NCBI GenBank assembly: GCA_009914755.4
Contig: CP068257.2
Span: 33,920,001 to 33,984,000 of the forward strand
Length of the DNA stretch: 64,000 nt
Direction of reading: 5' to 3'
Source: the human T2T-CHM13v2.0 reference genome, Homo sapiens
Position numbers and translations under genes: made by a program. This document shows positions 28,001 to 42,135 of the stretch, in pieces (within the stretch, counting starts at the first letter, position 1; the number at the start of each line of letters is the position of its first letter). The notes beneath the pieces were generated by a model. It worked only from the letters and a program-made list of their open reading frames with translations. It did no database searches and was not told where the DNA came from.

Positions 28001-31000
28001 CTCAGTCTCTCTAATAGTTGTGTATTCCAGGCTATGGAAATTTCATAATTTTTCTATCCATTCCTTTATGGATAAGGCAAAACTTCTTGCAACTCTGTCT
28101 TGCTCTATTTCTATAATTTCCAACTGGAAATCAAAACAAAGAATTCTTACACAAATCTTACATGTATTTTCTTTAACAAAAACCAAGAAAAGTTCTCCCT
28201 TAAGCCCTAACACAAGCCCATCTTATTTTCAGTGCAGAGGGCAATGCTGTTTTAAAATGTGGGTTTTATGATTATCCAAGGACTATGAGGCCAACAGCTC
28301 AGGAAAGGACTACAATTGCAAAGATAGCTCATGACTCACGGTTCCCCCGAGGAGGAGGCAGCCATGTCATGCAGGGTCATATGCGGAAGCACCAGCGTTG
28401 GTCAGGAGGCTGAGGGAGTGAGGGGAAGGCATGAAAAGAGGCTTTATGAGGGATTCCAAGGAAGGAATGAGTATAGCAGGATAAGCAAGCTAAGCAGGTT
28501 TAGGGTTAGCTAGCTTGAATAACTTCTGCAGGCTCGAGTGTTTGGCAGCTGTCCTGGGTTGTCCAACATCTGCCCTTGGTGTGATTAGGGCAGGTAAACA
28601 GTGGCCCAGAGGTGGCTGGCAGGGTATGGGCTTTGGACTGATTGGCTTGCATATGAAAGGTGCTCTTCTAAGTTAGTTGATTGTTATCTTTGGGAATTAG
28701 CTAACGCTCTCCCCTCCAAGGGGCAGTCCCTCCTGACCCGTGAGACCGCAGGTGCCAGGGCTTCAAGAATACAGAAAATAAGAAAGAAGTTAATACAAAT
28801 GCCTAGACACTCAAGCAATGTTTGATAAATGATAGGCAGGCTGATCAAGGAAACACAATACACTCTGCCTCCTGCCCAAAGGCACAGCTCCACAGACTCA
28901 ACCAGGTTGTTGCATAGAGCCTTAGTCTCCGAGGGGTGCAAATGAGCTCCTTCCAAGGATGAGGTGGGGAGGAGTACTGTTGGGGCTGAGTGGCTGATAG
29001 CTAGCAGGACAGCATGAAGCATGCTGAGCTACAGCTGTGGCAGGGAGGATGATCATAGTTGCTGTTTGTTCTACAAAGCTTGCAGTCCTATCTAGAGACA
29101 CCTACTTGGCCTCAATTTCCTTGCTCTTTTGGCCAATTGCTGCACACTCTTGAGCAGCAAGTGGAATGGCAGAAGCCCCCTCCCTAGAGTTGGGGAGTCA
29201 GCTGCTAGTTCTTTGACCATGTTTACTTCTCCATTGAAGAAGCTCTCTGTCGTTCTGCCTCCAGCATCCCCACATCCCCTGCTCATGGGAGGAAGGATGA
29301 AATCAGAATTCTCCTTGCCATGCATGAAGAAGGATCTCATTAGACCTTGTATTGGGGCTTCTTTGCTAGTTATGTCCCTGTCCCCACACACACTGGTACA
29401 TAATCACTCTGTGTTGTATGCATTCATTCCTTGTCATTTTGTCATGCATTTATGAAGAGGATATAGGGTTAGAGATATGTTATTCCTGAAAATAAATATC
29501 TGTAAAGGGGATCATGAGTGCAACAAGACAAAATAAATCAAGGTGTTTGGATTTTTCCTCTTCCTCCCCGTCAGCCTTCCTCCCTCTATTCTTCCTCTTC
29601 ACTGTCTGGCCCTAATGCAGGTGTTGTTGAGTTTGAGTTAATTGAGAAAGAAAAAACTGAGTTTAAAACTAGCCAGTCCAATTTAATTCATTCAATAAGC
29701 ATGCACTGTGAGTCCATTCTATACAAGGCTTGCAGATGCTACAATGAGCAGCATGGTCCCTGCCTTCAAAACACTTGTTATTTAATGATAAAAAATGATT
29801 ATATATTAAGCATTGTCAAAAACTATGAAGGGTCTGAAATTATAACCTACTTGCAAGCTAACAAGTTAGTCTGCCACAATTTCATGGATGCTGGTAGAAG
29901 ACAGGAGACTCCTGGGTCAGAGACAAAGAACTTCATTACTCACAGCACAGCAGGCGGCATGAAGTTTGCATTTACTTTGGTTTCCCTTACCCCTCAACCC
30001 TTGCAGAGGTGAGGAGGAGAAGCCCAAGTGGAGGTTGCATACACAGTGAGTTTGTGTCACAACTGAGGAGCTACAAGCTTAGAACATCCAAATCTTCATA
30101 AAGGGCTGCAAGCAAACCTGCCGAACCCTTTGCCCCAGCAGGATACACTATCTCTATCATCCAAGGATGTGCACGAAACAAACATTCTTGAAAAGATAGT
30201 CCAGCAAAAAATGTAGTTACTGTTCTTCTTATAAGACATGCAGAACCATGAGGCACCTTGGGGAATTGTCTCCCTAAAAGCATTTACCACCTGTCAGGAA
30301 TTGTCTTAAATTCAGGATCTCACTTCATCATCACAGCCACTCCATTTGACATCCCACTTCCTATCCTGCAGTGTAAGAAATGGATGCATGCCTCAACTTC
30401 AGGCTCAACAATACATAAATAAAAGTGGCCAAAGAAATTGGATTCAAATCTGATTCCAAGTTGTGACCTGCATCCTCAAGAAGCTTGTCCATCTTCTTAT
30501 GGGAGGACAATCAACTGTCCAAAAGATGTATATTTTCCAGGTACATAGGTAGGAGTTTTGTCAAAGACAGGGTGATATTTACCACTCACCTCCTGACACG
30601 ACCTACCTACAACAAAACAAAACTCACTCAGGAGGGTCCTGACTATGTACTCAGAGATTATACCCATGCACAGGTAACGATGGAAGTCATGAGACAAATC
30701 TCAAATAGATTTAATAAGCTAAACCTCACAGGCAACTCTTTTCCTCCATGAAGGTATCTATCCTGGTCAAGGCATCAAAATGACCACAGTGTTACTGTAG
30801 TATGTATTTATCTGACAGGGTAGAACAATACCTTGAAATTTGCAAATTGAAGTATTGTAAACATAGGCAATTGCTATGTTTAGCTCGTGTTTCTCCATTC
30901 CAGAAATAATTATTTACAGCCCTCCTAGGGCCAAGCTGATTCTGCCTGCCCTTGCATTGTGGGCATTTTCCATTCACAGCCAGACCTGCCAAAAGCAGAG

Positions 31001-32872
31001 TATCTGAATGTTTTAACTGTGGGTTTTCTTTTTTTCAAAATCCGGTACATTTTTTTGGTATTTAATAAAGCATAATGAATAGCATTGACTATGATACCTT
31101 TCCAAACCTAGACATTTTAATTTCATCATTCCATGTTTAACCTAGGAAACAGTGGCTTGTTTAATGAATGTGCCAGTTTTATGCTTTGTGTTAATGTGAC
31201 CTAAGCGAAACACAATTAAATTTTAAATTAACATATCCTTATAAAAATAACTTAAATCTTTATCTTCTCTAACTCTTCCTCTGAAGAGAAAATTATGCTT
31301 CTGCCCAAAAAGTAGCAAGTGGAGTATGTGCCCAACTTCAGACTTGGCAGGGTGATGTTGCCCTTGGATATCAGGAATATCTGGATGCAAGGACACACTG
31401 ATAGACTCCATCCCCATCACTACCCTCCACCAAAAAAGAAAAAGAAAATAAACACTTCAGGCTTTTTTCAGTTATCGAAAATGTGTGAATGGTGATCCAT
31501 GTCTGGTCTTCATCCTAACTTCAATTCCCACCCTCAACCCCAGGCAACCCCTCCACCTCAATTCCATAGAACCTCCCTTAAATTCCCCCTTCAGCCAGTG
31601 GACAACACTGAGTGTTACTATGGGTTGTACTAGTCAGTTCTCATGCTGCTATAAGGACATACTCAAGACTGGATAATTTATAAAGGAAAAGGGTTTAATT
31701 GGCTCACAGTTCAGCATGACTGGGGAGGCCTCAGGAAACTTACAATCGTGGCGGAAGGGGAAGCAAACACATCCTTCTTCACATGGCAGCAGGAAAGAGA
31801 AGTGCTGAGCAAAAGGGGAAAAGCCCATTATAAAGCCACCAGATCTGGTGAGAATTCACTCACTATCGCGAGAACAGCATGGGGGAAAATGACATCCATG
31901 ATTCAATTACCTCCTACTGGGTTCCTCCCACAACACATCCAGAGATTACAATCCAAGATGAGATTTGGATGGGGACACAAAACCAAACCATATCATAGGT
32001 TAAATTGTGTCTCCCACCCCAAAAATGTGTATGTTGAAGTCCTAACCTTCAGTACTCAGAATGTGACATTATTTGGAAATAGGGTCATTGCAGATGGAGT
32101 TAGTTAAGATGAGGTCATTAGGATGAGTCCCTAATCCAATATGACCGGTGCTCTTACAAAAAGGGGAAGTTTGGACACAGAGCCATGCACATGGGTGGGA
32201 AGAATCCCAAATGAACGGATAGGCAGAGGGTTGGAGAGATGCATGAACAAGGAACACCAAAGATTGCCAGCAACCCCCAGAAGCTGGGGGAGAGGCCTGG
32301 AACAGATTCTCCCTCACAGCCTGAGAGGAACCAAGCTGGTTGACACCTTGATCTCAGGTTACCGGCCTTGAGAACTGAGAGACCCTGGGTTTCTGTTGTT
32401 TAAGCCTCTCAGGGTGCAGCACTTTATTATGGAAGCCTGAGCTGACTAATACAGGTGTCTTTATATCTCACTGAGGGAAAGTGACAGGAAAGTAAGAACC
32501 ATTTATGTCCAAGAGTCCAGAGGAGTCAACCAGATTCTGGGGGAAAAGAAGGTACAATGCTGGCCTCTCCATGCAGCCTAGTCCCCAACACTTGTAGGGC
32601 CCAGGGCAAGATCTAAAGCACTCTCTCACCTATGCATCTATATGCTGTGACTCAGATAAACAAACTATTAAATAATATGTGTGTCTTGTCTCTCAATCTG
32701 ACAATTACACCTTTATAATAGCAACATAGGAAAATAACTAAAACTATGGTTTTTAGGCAACCAAATACCAGCAAAATGTAATAATTCCTATTATTAGATA
32801 TGTTTAAGTGTTCTGCTGGTGGGTCAGCATCTTCGGTAGAGTCATAAAATTAAAAGGTACATAATTAATTAA

Positions 32873-33250
<378 letters not shown>

Positions 33251-33896
33251 TAAAGTGCATTGCATTGACTGTAATACCACCTGAGACAAGACAGTTTTTT
33301 TACTAATTTTAATTTCAAAGAAACACTTTGTTCAGGCAGTAGTGAGCAGAATTATCAGTAACAGTTTTAAAGTAGTACTTAAATTTGGAAACAACACATT
33401 AATTTTACATATCATCTTCAAATTGAAAATATTACAAAATATTTTAACTTCATCCTATAGATTGCTATTACTTATATTTCTGTTTTCACCATTTCTTAAA
33501 GCAACATCTAAGTAATACATAAATCTCTAGGGATATGTGAAAAATCATTTTCATGCTTTATATATGTTACATCAAACCCACCTATACACAAATTCAAGAA
33601 TAATAGCAATTGTGTAGTGTTACAAAATATTTCTCAGGTAACATGAGCTCACCTATTGAGAACACCAAGCTAATTCACTGGTTCATGAGCACCCTTCCAA
33701 ACCACAAATTGGAACACAAAGAGAAGCAAGAAGATGGATGTTTGGAACTATTGGAAAATGATAATTCATACTGCAAGAATATACTGCCACCTTATCTGCA
33801 AGACAGGACAAGTTCATTAATTTATTCTTTCTCTTACTTCTCCTAAGCTGTATCCATCTCCAAGAACAAAAGTAGCTAATACTATTGACGGATCAA

Positions 33897-33988
33897 CTAT
33901 AATATACTTGGGACATACTTATACTAAAAATATTATTCATCGTTGATCTGAAATTTCAATTTAATTGGGTATCCCTTGTTTTTATTTG
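33897..33988 (+). mobile_element. second copy (3' half only) of the palindromic MITE-like element seen at 15294-15381
   Basis: cttgggacatacttatactaaaaatattattcatcgttgatctgaaatttcaatttaattgggtatcccttgtttttatttgtcaa matches the recalled right arm ...GGGACATACTTATACTAAAAAATTATTCGTTGTTTATCTGAAATTCAAATTTAACTGGG.GTCCTGTATTTTATCTGGCAA. Confidence 0.45.
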
Positions 33989-34390
33989 TCAATAATAGAC
34001 CCACAGTCTTTCATGGCATTTGGACTGTTATCTTTTGCTTTGAGGAGCAGAAGACAGAGGTGGAGAAGCATTTCCCTGAATGGTGTTAGTCGCTATAGTG
34101 GATATTTTAACATCTCAAGGTGCCTTTGCCTGTGCCCAATGCTGGGTCCCTGAAGTCAGAAGTGCTCATCTGTTCTTTAAGGCAGGGTCACTTTCTGCCA
34201 CCACAGGGAGCAGTCATTATGCATACTCCTGTTGCCAGCTGTCAGTAAACCAATGCCATTCTCTTTTCTTTTATTATTTCATTCATACATATCCATTGTG
34301 TACACACCATGAGCCAAGCACTTTGGAAGGCACTTCTGGTGAGAAGGAAGAAGTCAGGACACCACAGATATGAGTGAGAAGGAGGCTACC

Positions 34391-34692
<302 letters not shown>

Positions 34693-36269
34693 CTACCACA
34701 CAATTGTTGACAGTCTATCATAGAGAGTAAGGACATCAGCCAAAGGTGGTCTGCAGAGATCAGACAGGGGTCATCTCAAAAGGGAACAGCCTTAATTTCA
34801 CCTTAGATGTAGATGCGTTTGACAGAAAAACAGGAAAACAAAAGACCGTGAATGTCCCATTGGAAGACATACTAGGAAACTGTCATGGGGCAAAATTCAT
34901 ACGTCTTAGAGATAAAAGTTGGTAAAGCACAATTGAAGCTATTTCTTATTAAAGCACAACTGAAGTTATTTCTTCTTTTCTTCAGTAATAGAAAAGTTGG
35001 ACATTTTTCTTTAAAGAAATCAAATGCAATTATCCTGTACAGACTCAGTAACTCTAGCCAAGGATCAGGTTAGTCGCTTTCATGGAGCGGGAGTTTCGGC
35101 AGCTCTATTGTTCTAGCATTAGTAATGCATGAGACCTACCCCTGAACACTTCCAGTTAGGGAAGCTCTGCAGAGATCTTGCACTGTGCCACGGATGGCCT
35201 CGTGCTTTTGGCAATAAAGCTGGAAATGCAAAACACGTTTTGTGGTTCAAATAATCTCCAGGAGACAGTTTCCTGGAAGTTTTAAATCCTATTTCTCATA
35301 TCACCTCCATCTAAATTGATGATTTCTATGACCTTTTCATCTAATTACACTAGTATGTTGTAGCTATTTTTATTAAATGGTTCCATTACATAAGCCATTA
35401 TGTGCTAGCTCCTTCTTGTTGCTAACCTCATGAGCCCACCCCATTACTTCTCTTCACTTTCACATCAAGGATAGCATTCCTCAAGATGAAATTTGTTATG
35501 TTATCTAAGATCTATCTAAGATTTTCACAAATCACTTCACTAACACTTAAATATCAGAGACAGACACCCAGAATTCTACCAAAATCGTTGTGTACCCTCA
35601 CATGAAGTGGTGTATAGACTGGTTGACAAGACAAGGAAAAAATGGAAAGCACTAAAAAGCAGGAAGAAAAAACACAACACTCCAGAGAAGACATTAGGAA
35701 AATTTTTAAATGGGTAAAAACTGGGAAAAGGATGGAGAGTGGCTGGAGAATGCCCTCTCGTGCCAACAGTCATTAAAAGACACAGCAGAAGACGCCATCA
35801 TGGGCAGCACAAATCAGCCCCCATCCCGCTTTTGAATCATAGAGAAGTTTGCAATGTCAAACAATATCCTTCTAATATGTTATGAGAATTCTATCAGACC
35901 CTAGCTAAAGGTAGAAATGAACAGATATTTATGAGAACAGCATCAGGGAGAGAACGTGGAGAACTGCATCACTACGTAGTTGTACAAGTGAATTGTGTAA
36001 TACAATGATTAGAGTATTCCTTTCCGCTAGTTTCTACCCCACCATATTTATTGTATCTGAGTTCTAAACTATTTTTATTTTATTCCCTCCTGTCCAATAC
36101 TTGGCATTCACCTAAGCAGTCAGGAACATCTGCTGTATTTGTGACAACTATTCAGAAGGTATAAAACAAAGTTATATGCAGCATGTAGCAGTGACATTTG
36201 ATTGCAAGGGAGAGAATCCAACTAGAAATGTTGACTCACTGTGTTACCAAGCATCGTGAAAAGAGGCTG

Positions 36270-36410
36270 ACGTTAGCCGGCGGTAGGCCAGTAATAATAT
36301 GCTTACACCATATTAATTGCAGATAAACCAAATTGCATTGCTAATTTCATTTGCATTTGCATTATCATTGTGTTTTAATTACTAGAGTTAGGCCACCAAA
36401 GACTAATATC
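36270..36410. promoter_or_regulatory. candidate regulatory element: dense TAAT/ATTA motif cluster
   Basis: ttagccggcggtaggccagtaataatatgcttacaccatattaattgcagataaaccaaattgcattgctaatttcatttgcatttgcattatcattgtgttttaattactagag. Confidence 0.2.
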
Positions 36411-37536
36411 CAAATCTGACAGCACCAATTCCCTGGATACATTTTGTGGTTGCTGAATGATTATTGTTCAACAGTTTGCTGCTTTTGACAAACGCAAAGC
36501 AACATAGGCTTCCCAGCCCTGAAAGAATGAAGGAATCAATGAAAGAATATCAGGCGTGGACTGATGCAGAGTTCCATTCTGGCTCCAGGCATACGGTCCT
36601 TGCTCAAAGATAAAACAGGCATGTTTCCCAGGACCTTCCCTGTTAATGTGTGCTGCTTGAAAAGAGGTCAGGGTCAACTAGGTATGGGAAATACCAGGCT
36701 AAACAAACATGGGCCTTATTGCAGACCTTCTTAGAGCCTTTAATATGTTATTGTACATTGTGACTCTCAGAGAGGGAATAGAGTTTGCAGTGTTCCCTAA
36801 CACTTACTTGACCATCTAGTCCTTTTTCTCACTGCAAATCTTCTGGATTTCCCAGGAATGCGCTTTTGAAAAAGCTGAATTTGCATAATATAACTGTAAC
36901 CAGAACCATGGGCATTCCATAAAAGTAAACATAAGTTATATGCTAGAAACATTCTACTGTACTTAACAGAAACTCACAGTCACCAGTCCACAATATCCAG
37001 ATAACCCTCCTGTCTACATTGTGAGTCTAATGTTCCCAGGATTTCTGCAAATTACTGGGGACTTTCATTCTCCTGGACACTTCTGGCCAAAAGCCCCAGG
37101 TTCCAGTGAGCTAGGAATCTATGGAACATCTCTTCTTCCAGTGCACACTATCTCCTTCCAACCCATGTTAAGCCAAGTATGCAATCCTCCTCCATTCCCA
37201 GACTTCCACGAAAACCGAGCAACTAAATAAACAAATCCTTTCATGAGGCTTGCTCAATTCTGCAGAGCATTTGGAGGTTATACTGCAGCAATGCAAGCAA
37301 CCTGAAATTGTGTATCAGACACACTTGTGCTCTCTTCTTTCAACGCTTTATTGAAATATAATTTATGTATCATAAAATTCACCTGTCTAAAGTAGACAAC
37401 TGAGTGGTTGTTAGTATATTTACAACGTTGAAACACTCCTGTTCTTAACTTCCTCTATAATTTCTGACTGATTATAGGCTCCAGTTTTCTTCCTCTCTTT
37501 CTCTGTATCTCTGTAACCCTCAAATTCAATTTCTTT

Positions 37537-37923
37537 TTTTTTTTAATTTCCATAGGTTTTTGGGGAACAGGTGGTGATTGGTTACCTGAGTAAGTTCTTT
37601 AGTGGTGATTTGTGAGATTTGGTGCACCCATCACCGAGTATATATATGCCTTTGCACCCTCAAAGGCATGTATATACACACACGTGTGTATACACACATA
37701 TACACGTATGTGTATATATATAATGACAATAAGGCAAACAATTGACACTATTTGAGAAGCAAGGTTAACAAAGACACGCACATGCACACACACACATATA
37801 TGCCTTTGAGAGTGCAAAGGCATAAGAATGACACAATGAATGGACTTGGGGGAAAGGGTGAGAGGGGAGTGAGGGATAACAGACTACACATTGACTATAT
37901 ACATATATCTATATGACTACTAC
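37537..37923 (-). mobile_element. very short old-L1 3'-end insertion (~210 nt of L1) with twin-priming-type internal inversion, ~160 bp palindromic/low-complexity filler and 18-bp TSD ctcaaattcaatttcttt
   Basis: - 37537-37650: T8 followed by aatttccataggtttttggggaacaggtggtgattggttacctgagtaagttctttagtggtgatttgtgagatttggtgcacccatcaccgag, the reverse complement of the last ~100 nt of an L1PB/L1MA-type 3'UTR.
- 37810-37923: ggcataagaatgacacaatgaatggacttgggggaaagggtgagaggggagtgagggataacagactacacattgac..., the preceding ~110 nt of the same 3'UTR in sense orientation.
- The TSD lies at 37519-37536 and 37924-37941. Confidence 0.7.
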
Positions 37924-39242
37924 TCAAATTCAATTTCTTTCTTTTGCAACCCTTTGGCTTTCTTGTCTGCAGCCAAACCCACGCCCTTTGAATCCCATCT
38001 CAACTCCGAACATCTTGCCCGGGTAACTTTCTAAATAAAGACAGGGCTCTTCCTGAAAGACATTCAGATGTCAGACATTAAAATTAAAAAAACAAACAAG
38101 ACAAAAACAAAAATAAGAATAAGGACTTCCTCGCACTGGCCTCTCCCCTATGGAAGCCTCTCCATGACTTCAACCAAATCACTTCTGGCTTCTGCGTTGG
38201 CAGTCCAATGCCCTGCAGGGAGTCCCTGATTGCTGCTGCCCTTGCTCATCCTTGATGCAGGTGGTCATTTCACCCCTCCCTCCCTTTGTGAGTGTCTTTA
38301 CATAGTGCTCCTGACCAGAATGCAGCAATATAGCTGCTTCTCACTGCCTGCCACTGCTCAGTGCATCCCTTCTACCTAGTTATGTCCTTCAGATCAAGTT
38401 TCCATAAGACCACAACAGAAAGCCTGGTTCAGACTCCACAGTGACATCATTCCGGCCTCTATTCCAACATGCAGGGAAGATGCCATCCATCATTCAAGCA
38501 TGAGTAACCAATTCCATAGAGGAGGCAAGTTCAGTGTTTCTGTTTGGTTAAAGCCACGGCCATCTCAACAGCCATGGCCCAAACATTTTTAAACAAAGTA
38601 GGGAAGGAGGAAAAGAAATCAGAGGAGAAATAGTAATGGGATTCAGGATGCTGCACAATGGGCTTTGGACAGGCCAGGTCAGATGTGGGGTGGAGGTAAG
38701 AGGAGAGCCTCAAACCTCTTCAACAGCCACAGAAGCTAAAGAAAGCACAGGAAGACCTATCCTTCAGCCCCCTCCCTAGGGATTTCCACTGGTGGTGAGT
38801 AAACAGCTCAATTACAAGATGTAATTATGAGTTCACTGTTCAGGAGACACCTAGAATTCTTTCCAGAAAGGCAACTCCGCCAAGATTTTACCCCCATGTT
38901 ATTACCACCATCATACTAAGCTATCCACATTTGCATTTGACCCACAGGCTCCCTGTATTCTGTGTGTGTTCAATTCCTGCATGTTCTGCAGAGGCCATCT
39001 AAAACTAGGTTTTATTCACTTCCCACCTTGCAGCATTTGGTTTAAGGAACTTCAGCTTTCTTGTAGTTTCATCACAAATCTTCGTGGTTTAGATCCTAGG
39101 AAAATCTCCCTTCAGCACTAAGATCAAATAGGTAGAAGCTGTCGACATGCAGTAAAGCGGCATTGAGAGGAAGCCAAGGTGGTGTGAAGGAGTTCCTGGT
39201 AAGTCCACAGTGTATGTACATCATGGCCTTACTTCTCAGAAA

Positions 39243-39300
39243 ATGACAATAAGGCAAATAATTGACACTATTTGAGAAGCAAAGTTAACCAAGACACGGG
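39243..39300 (+). repeat. 58-bp segment also present inside the L1 insertion at 37724-37781 (55/58 identical)
   Basis: aatgacaataaggcaaataattgacactatttgagaagcaaagttaaccaagacacg versus 37724 aatgacaataaggcaaacaattgacactatttgagaagcaaggttaacaaagacacg. Confidence 0.85.
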
Positions 39301-40379
39301 AGTTGGAAAGGCGCCTGCACGGATACTGCTGGCCCCCCACAATAATTCCATATTTGACGGGCACACGGCAGTCCAGAAAACAAGCACATTTTCTTCTTTG
39401 CAGCTGGGTGGCTGATTTGCAAATGGGCCTTTATATCTCCAAATAATGAAATAAACATGTGTTTGGATTTTAAGGTGATGCCATACTGTTATAAAACATT
39501 CTAAGTGCTTGACTCTCAATTTCTGAGCTTATCTTGGAGCAGATGGTCCCATAGAATGTGAAGGGAAGAAATGTATAAAACTTACAAGTCATGCCCCAAA
39601 AGGGGAGCCCATGTTCTTCTCCCTTGCTCCATGTTCTCCCTTGCTCCTTCACACTCCCCTTCTTGTTGACTAGAAAGCAGCTTGGCCATGAGCCACTGTG
39701 GACCACGCAAGTGTGACCAACATGCTAGGATGATGGACAAACAAGACAGAAGGATCTTGGGCTCCACTGACTTCACTGAGCAAATCTGCCATACCAGCTT
39801 GACCTTTTGCACTTCTATCTGGTTTGGGAGACTGTTACACTGGTCACAAGGGCAAACCTATATTCTTAGCAATATGTGAACTCTGGATCAAACTATTTCA
39901 GGGGGTATCTGTACAGACATGGATGTCTGAGCATACACACCAGCACTAAAAGTATATCAAAGTCCAAACTGACTCTATGTCTCAACATTTGGGCAACACA
40001 CTTTTGAAATCCTGATTGGTTTGGTACCTTAGTAAAAACAGAGTGAGAAATTGACTGTCTTTCTCTCAATGTGGGGACAGGCCAATGTCTGCCCTGAGCT
40101 CTGCCAGCCATTTCACAAAGATACACCTCAGTCATAAAAACATATGTGATTATATGTATCCTAGAAAACAATGTTCAGTAATAAAGTGGCATAAAGGAGC
40201 ATATGTTTTTTAGGGATTTAGAAGGAATTTCATAATAATGCTTATATAAAATAGTGAAGCAAATTTAGAGAAAACAGCACCTTTGCAAATGTTTCCACCA
40301 CTGGCACACTGACCATTGACAAGATTCAAAAATGTGTTAGATTCAGACTGGACAAACATTGAAGTTAATTTAAAAGCAT

Positions 40380-41760
40380 TTTTTGTTTTTGGTATTTCAA
40401 AACAGTGAGCTGTTTTAAAAAAAGTCTTTAAAAAAGAACCCTATTACATCGACAATTTAATAAGCTCATTCGTTTACAACTGGTTTTTTTTTTAATCCCC
40501 AATGTGTTTTTTTTAAGTGATATCTCATTTATTTTAAGCCTGGAAGAGAGTTTTCTCTGCATTTGAGCAGTCCAGGATGGAGCTACTAAAAGAAAGGTCT
40601 GTGAACAGTGAGATCCAGGAACTATTTGTAACCAGTCTGCATCAATATAAGCACAGACACTGGAAGTTCAGTGCTTAGAAAGTTTTACAGCAATATAATA
40701 TCACCATGACATCCAAATGCATGACTGACTTTCTAATCATTAGTTTTCATCGTATTTTACCAAAGCATCAGTTCTCAACAGATTTGAATTTTTTTTAAAT
40801 GGCCCTTCACCAAGATAGCAATGGTCTAGTAACCAACTTGCAGATATAAAGACCCATTTACAAATTTGCCTGCAGCTTTCTATGCCTCCAATCACACACA
40901 ATTGACATCAAAACTTCTTACATACACAAGCACATTGCACGAGCTAGTGCCCACAACAAAAACAAAGCGAGAACTTATTCACATCTTATTGCCACCTGAC
41001 CATACAGCAAGACTGTTTCAACAGACACATTTGCAAATCATAGTTTTATAATAACATAAGAATTGGGCAGTAATTATTTTTATAAGAGAAAACAACTTGT
41101 ATTTGTGTGTGTGCATGAGTATGAGTATGTGTCTCCATCATACAAACAATAATTGCCCCCATGTCTTCTCCATTTTGTCTTCAATTCTGGTTCTTAGGAT
41201 TTTCTCCAGGTGTTAGTAGTTACACCTCTGGAAAGGGTCTTTTGTTAATACCAAAAGCATTTTGACTTATTTCTTTGGGAAAAAAAAAAAAAACAACAGA
41301 AATGAAAGCAAGCCCTCTTTTAAACTGGAAAGCTTTATTTTGCCCCTGGAGAAAAGCAGCCTGGTTAAATGTCTGAACTTATTGTTATTATTATTTTATT
41401 GAGCAATAAACTAAAGTGTGATTGAGCCACCAGTGACTCGGATATATTGTTAAGCTTGGAATCACATGGTTGAATGACTAGCTGGCCCAGAACGTGGGCG
41501 ATTCAAATGATTCAGAAGACAAATGAGGCAGGAGCAAGAATGTCTCACACCAATACAAACCCAATTAACGTCAACAAAATCCTGCAAAATTTATTGTTGC
41601 TTGGCCTCTGAAAATGGTGGAACCAACTCTTTTCCTGTGCCTGCAGGGCAAATTCATTAGATGGAAAACGGCATTTTGTTAACCATGAAGTTCAGTAACA
41701 TAAACAAGTCAGTGCCATGGTCCTTGAGACACCTGCAGAGGGTCAACCGCAAAGAAGGGA
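40380..41760. promoter_or_regulatory. candidate conserved non-coding element cluster (retained CpGs plus TAAT motifs)
   Basis: CpG-retaining strings include catcgacaatttaataagctcattcgtttacaactgg, gcacgagctagtgcccacaac, aaagcgagaac, gtgactcggatat, cagaacgtgggcgattcaaatgattcag, cccaattaacgtcaac, ggaaaacggcattttgttaacc and caaccgcaaag. They sit in AT-rich context with homeobox-like sites (caatttaataag, aattcattagatgg, cccaattaac). Confidence 0.25.
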
Positions 41761-42014
41761 AGGAAGAGAGAGATGCTGATCTTGCTCTACAATGCCCATG
41801 AGTAGTGACACAGTAGGTGTTTCATAAATAATGTCTTTTTAAAGTCACAGTCCAGGATAAAAATGATATATCTGATTGTCATTCAGTTCGTTAAATAACG
41901 ATCATATATAAAAAGAGAAAGAGAGAGAAGAGAGAGGAAGGGAGGAAAAAGAGATTGATATTTTGCCTGCAAGTTCACCAAAGGCTACCATGTTGGTTTG
42001 TGCTTGTTTTTTTG

Positions 42015-42135
42015 TTTCAGTTTCTTAAGTAAGAGTGATTCACTTGTGCTGATTCAACTTGAACCATGTTTACATCAGATGCTCTTATGCCCACAATTGA
42101 CAAATCTAAGAGTGGTCATGAAACAAAACGGACCT
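42015..42135 (+). repeat. copy 1 of a ~120-bp local duplication
   Basis: gtttcagtttcttaagtaagagtgattcacttgtgctgattcaacttgaaccatgtttacatcagatgctcttatgcccacaattgacaaatctaagagtggtcatgaaacaaaacgga. Confidence 0.8.

Noticed and set aside
28230-29060. Possible LTR/ERV-like sequence (…gggcaatgctgttttaaaatgtgggttttatg…, …ggttcccccgaggaggaggcagccatgtcatgcagggtcatatgcggaagc…)
   Set aside because: It has a repeat-like feel, but I cannot match it to any LTR consensus from memory and found no direct or terminal repeats bounding it. It is left unannotated.
29518-30012. Longest non-repeat ORF in the window (164 aa, + strand)
   Set aside because: It has no resemblance to any protein family I know and a low-complexity N-terminus (SSLYSSSSLS). 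There are no splice-site or codon-usage signals and no Kozak context. An ORF of this length is expected by chance once or twice in 64 kb over six frames.
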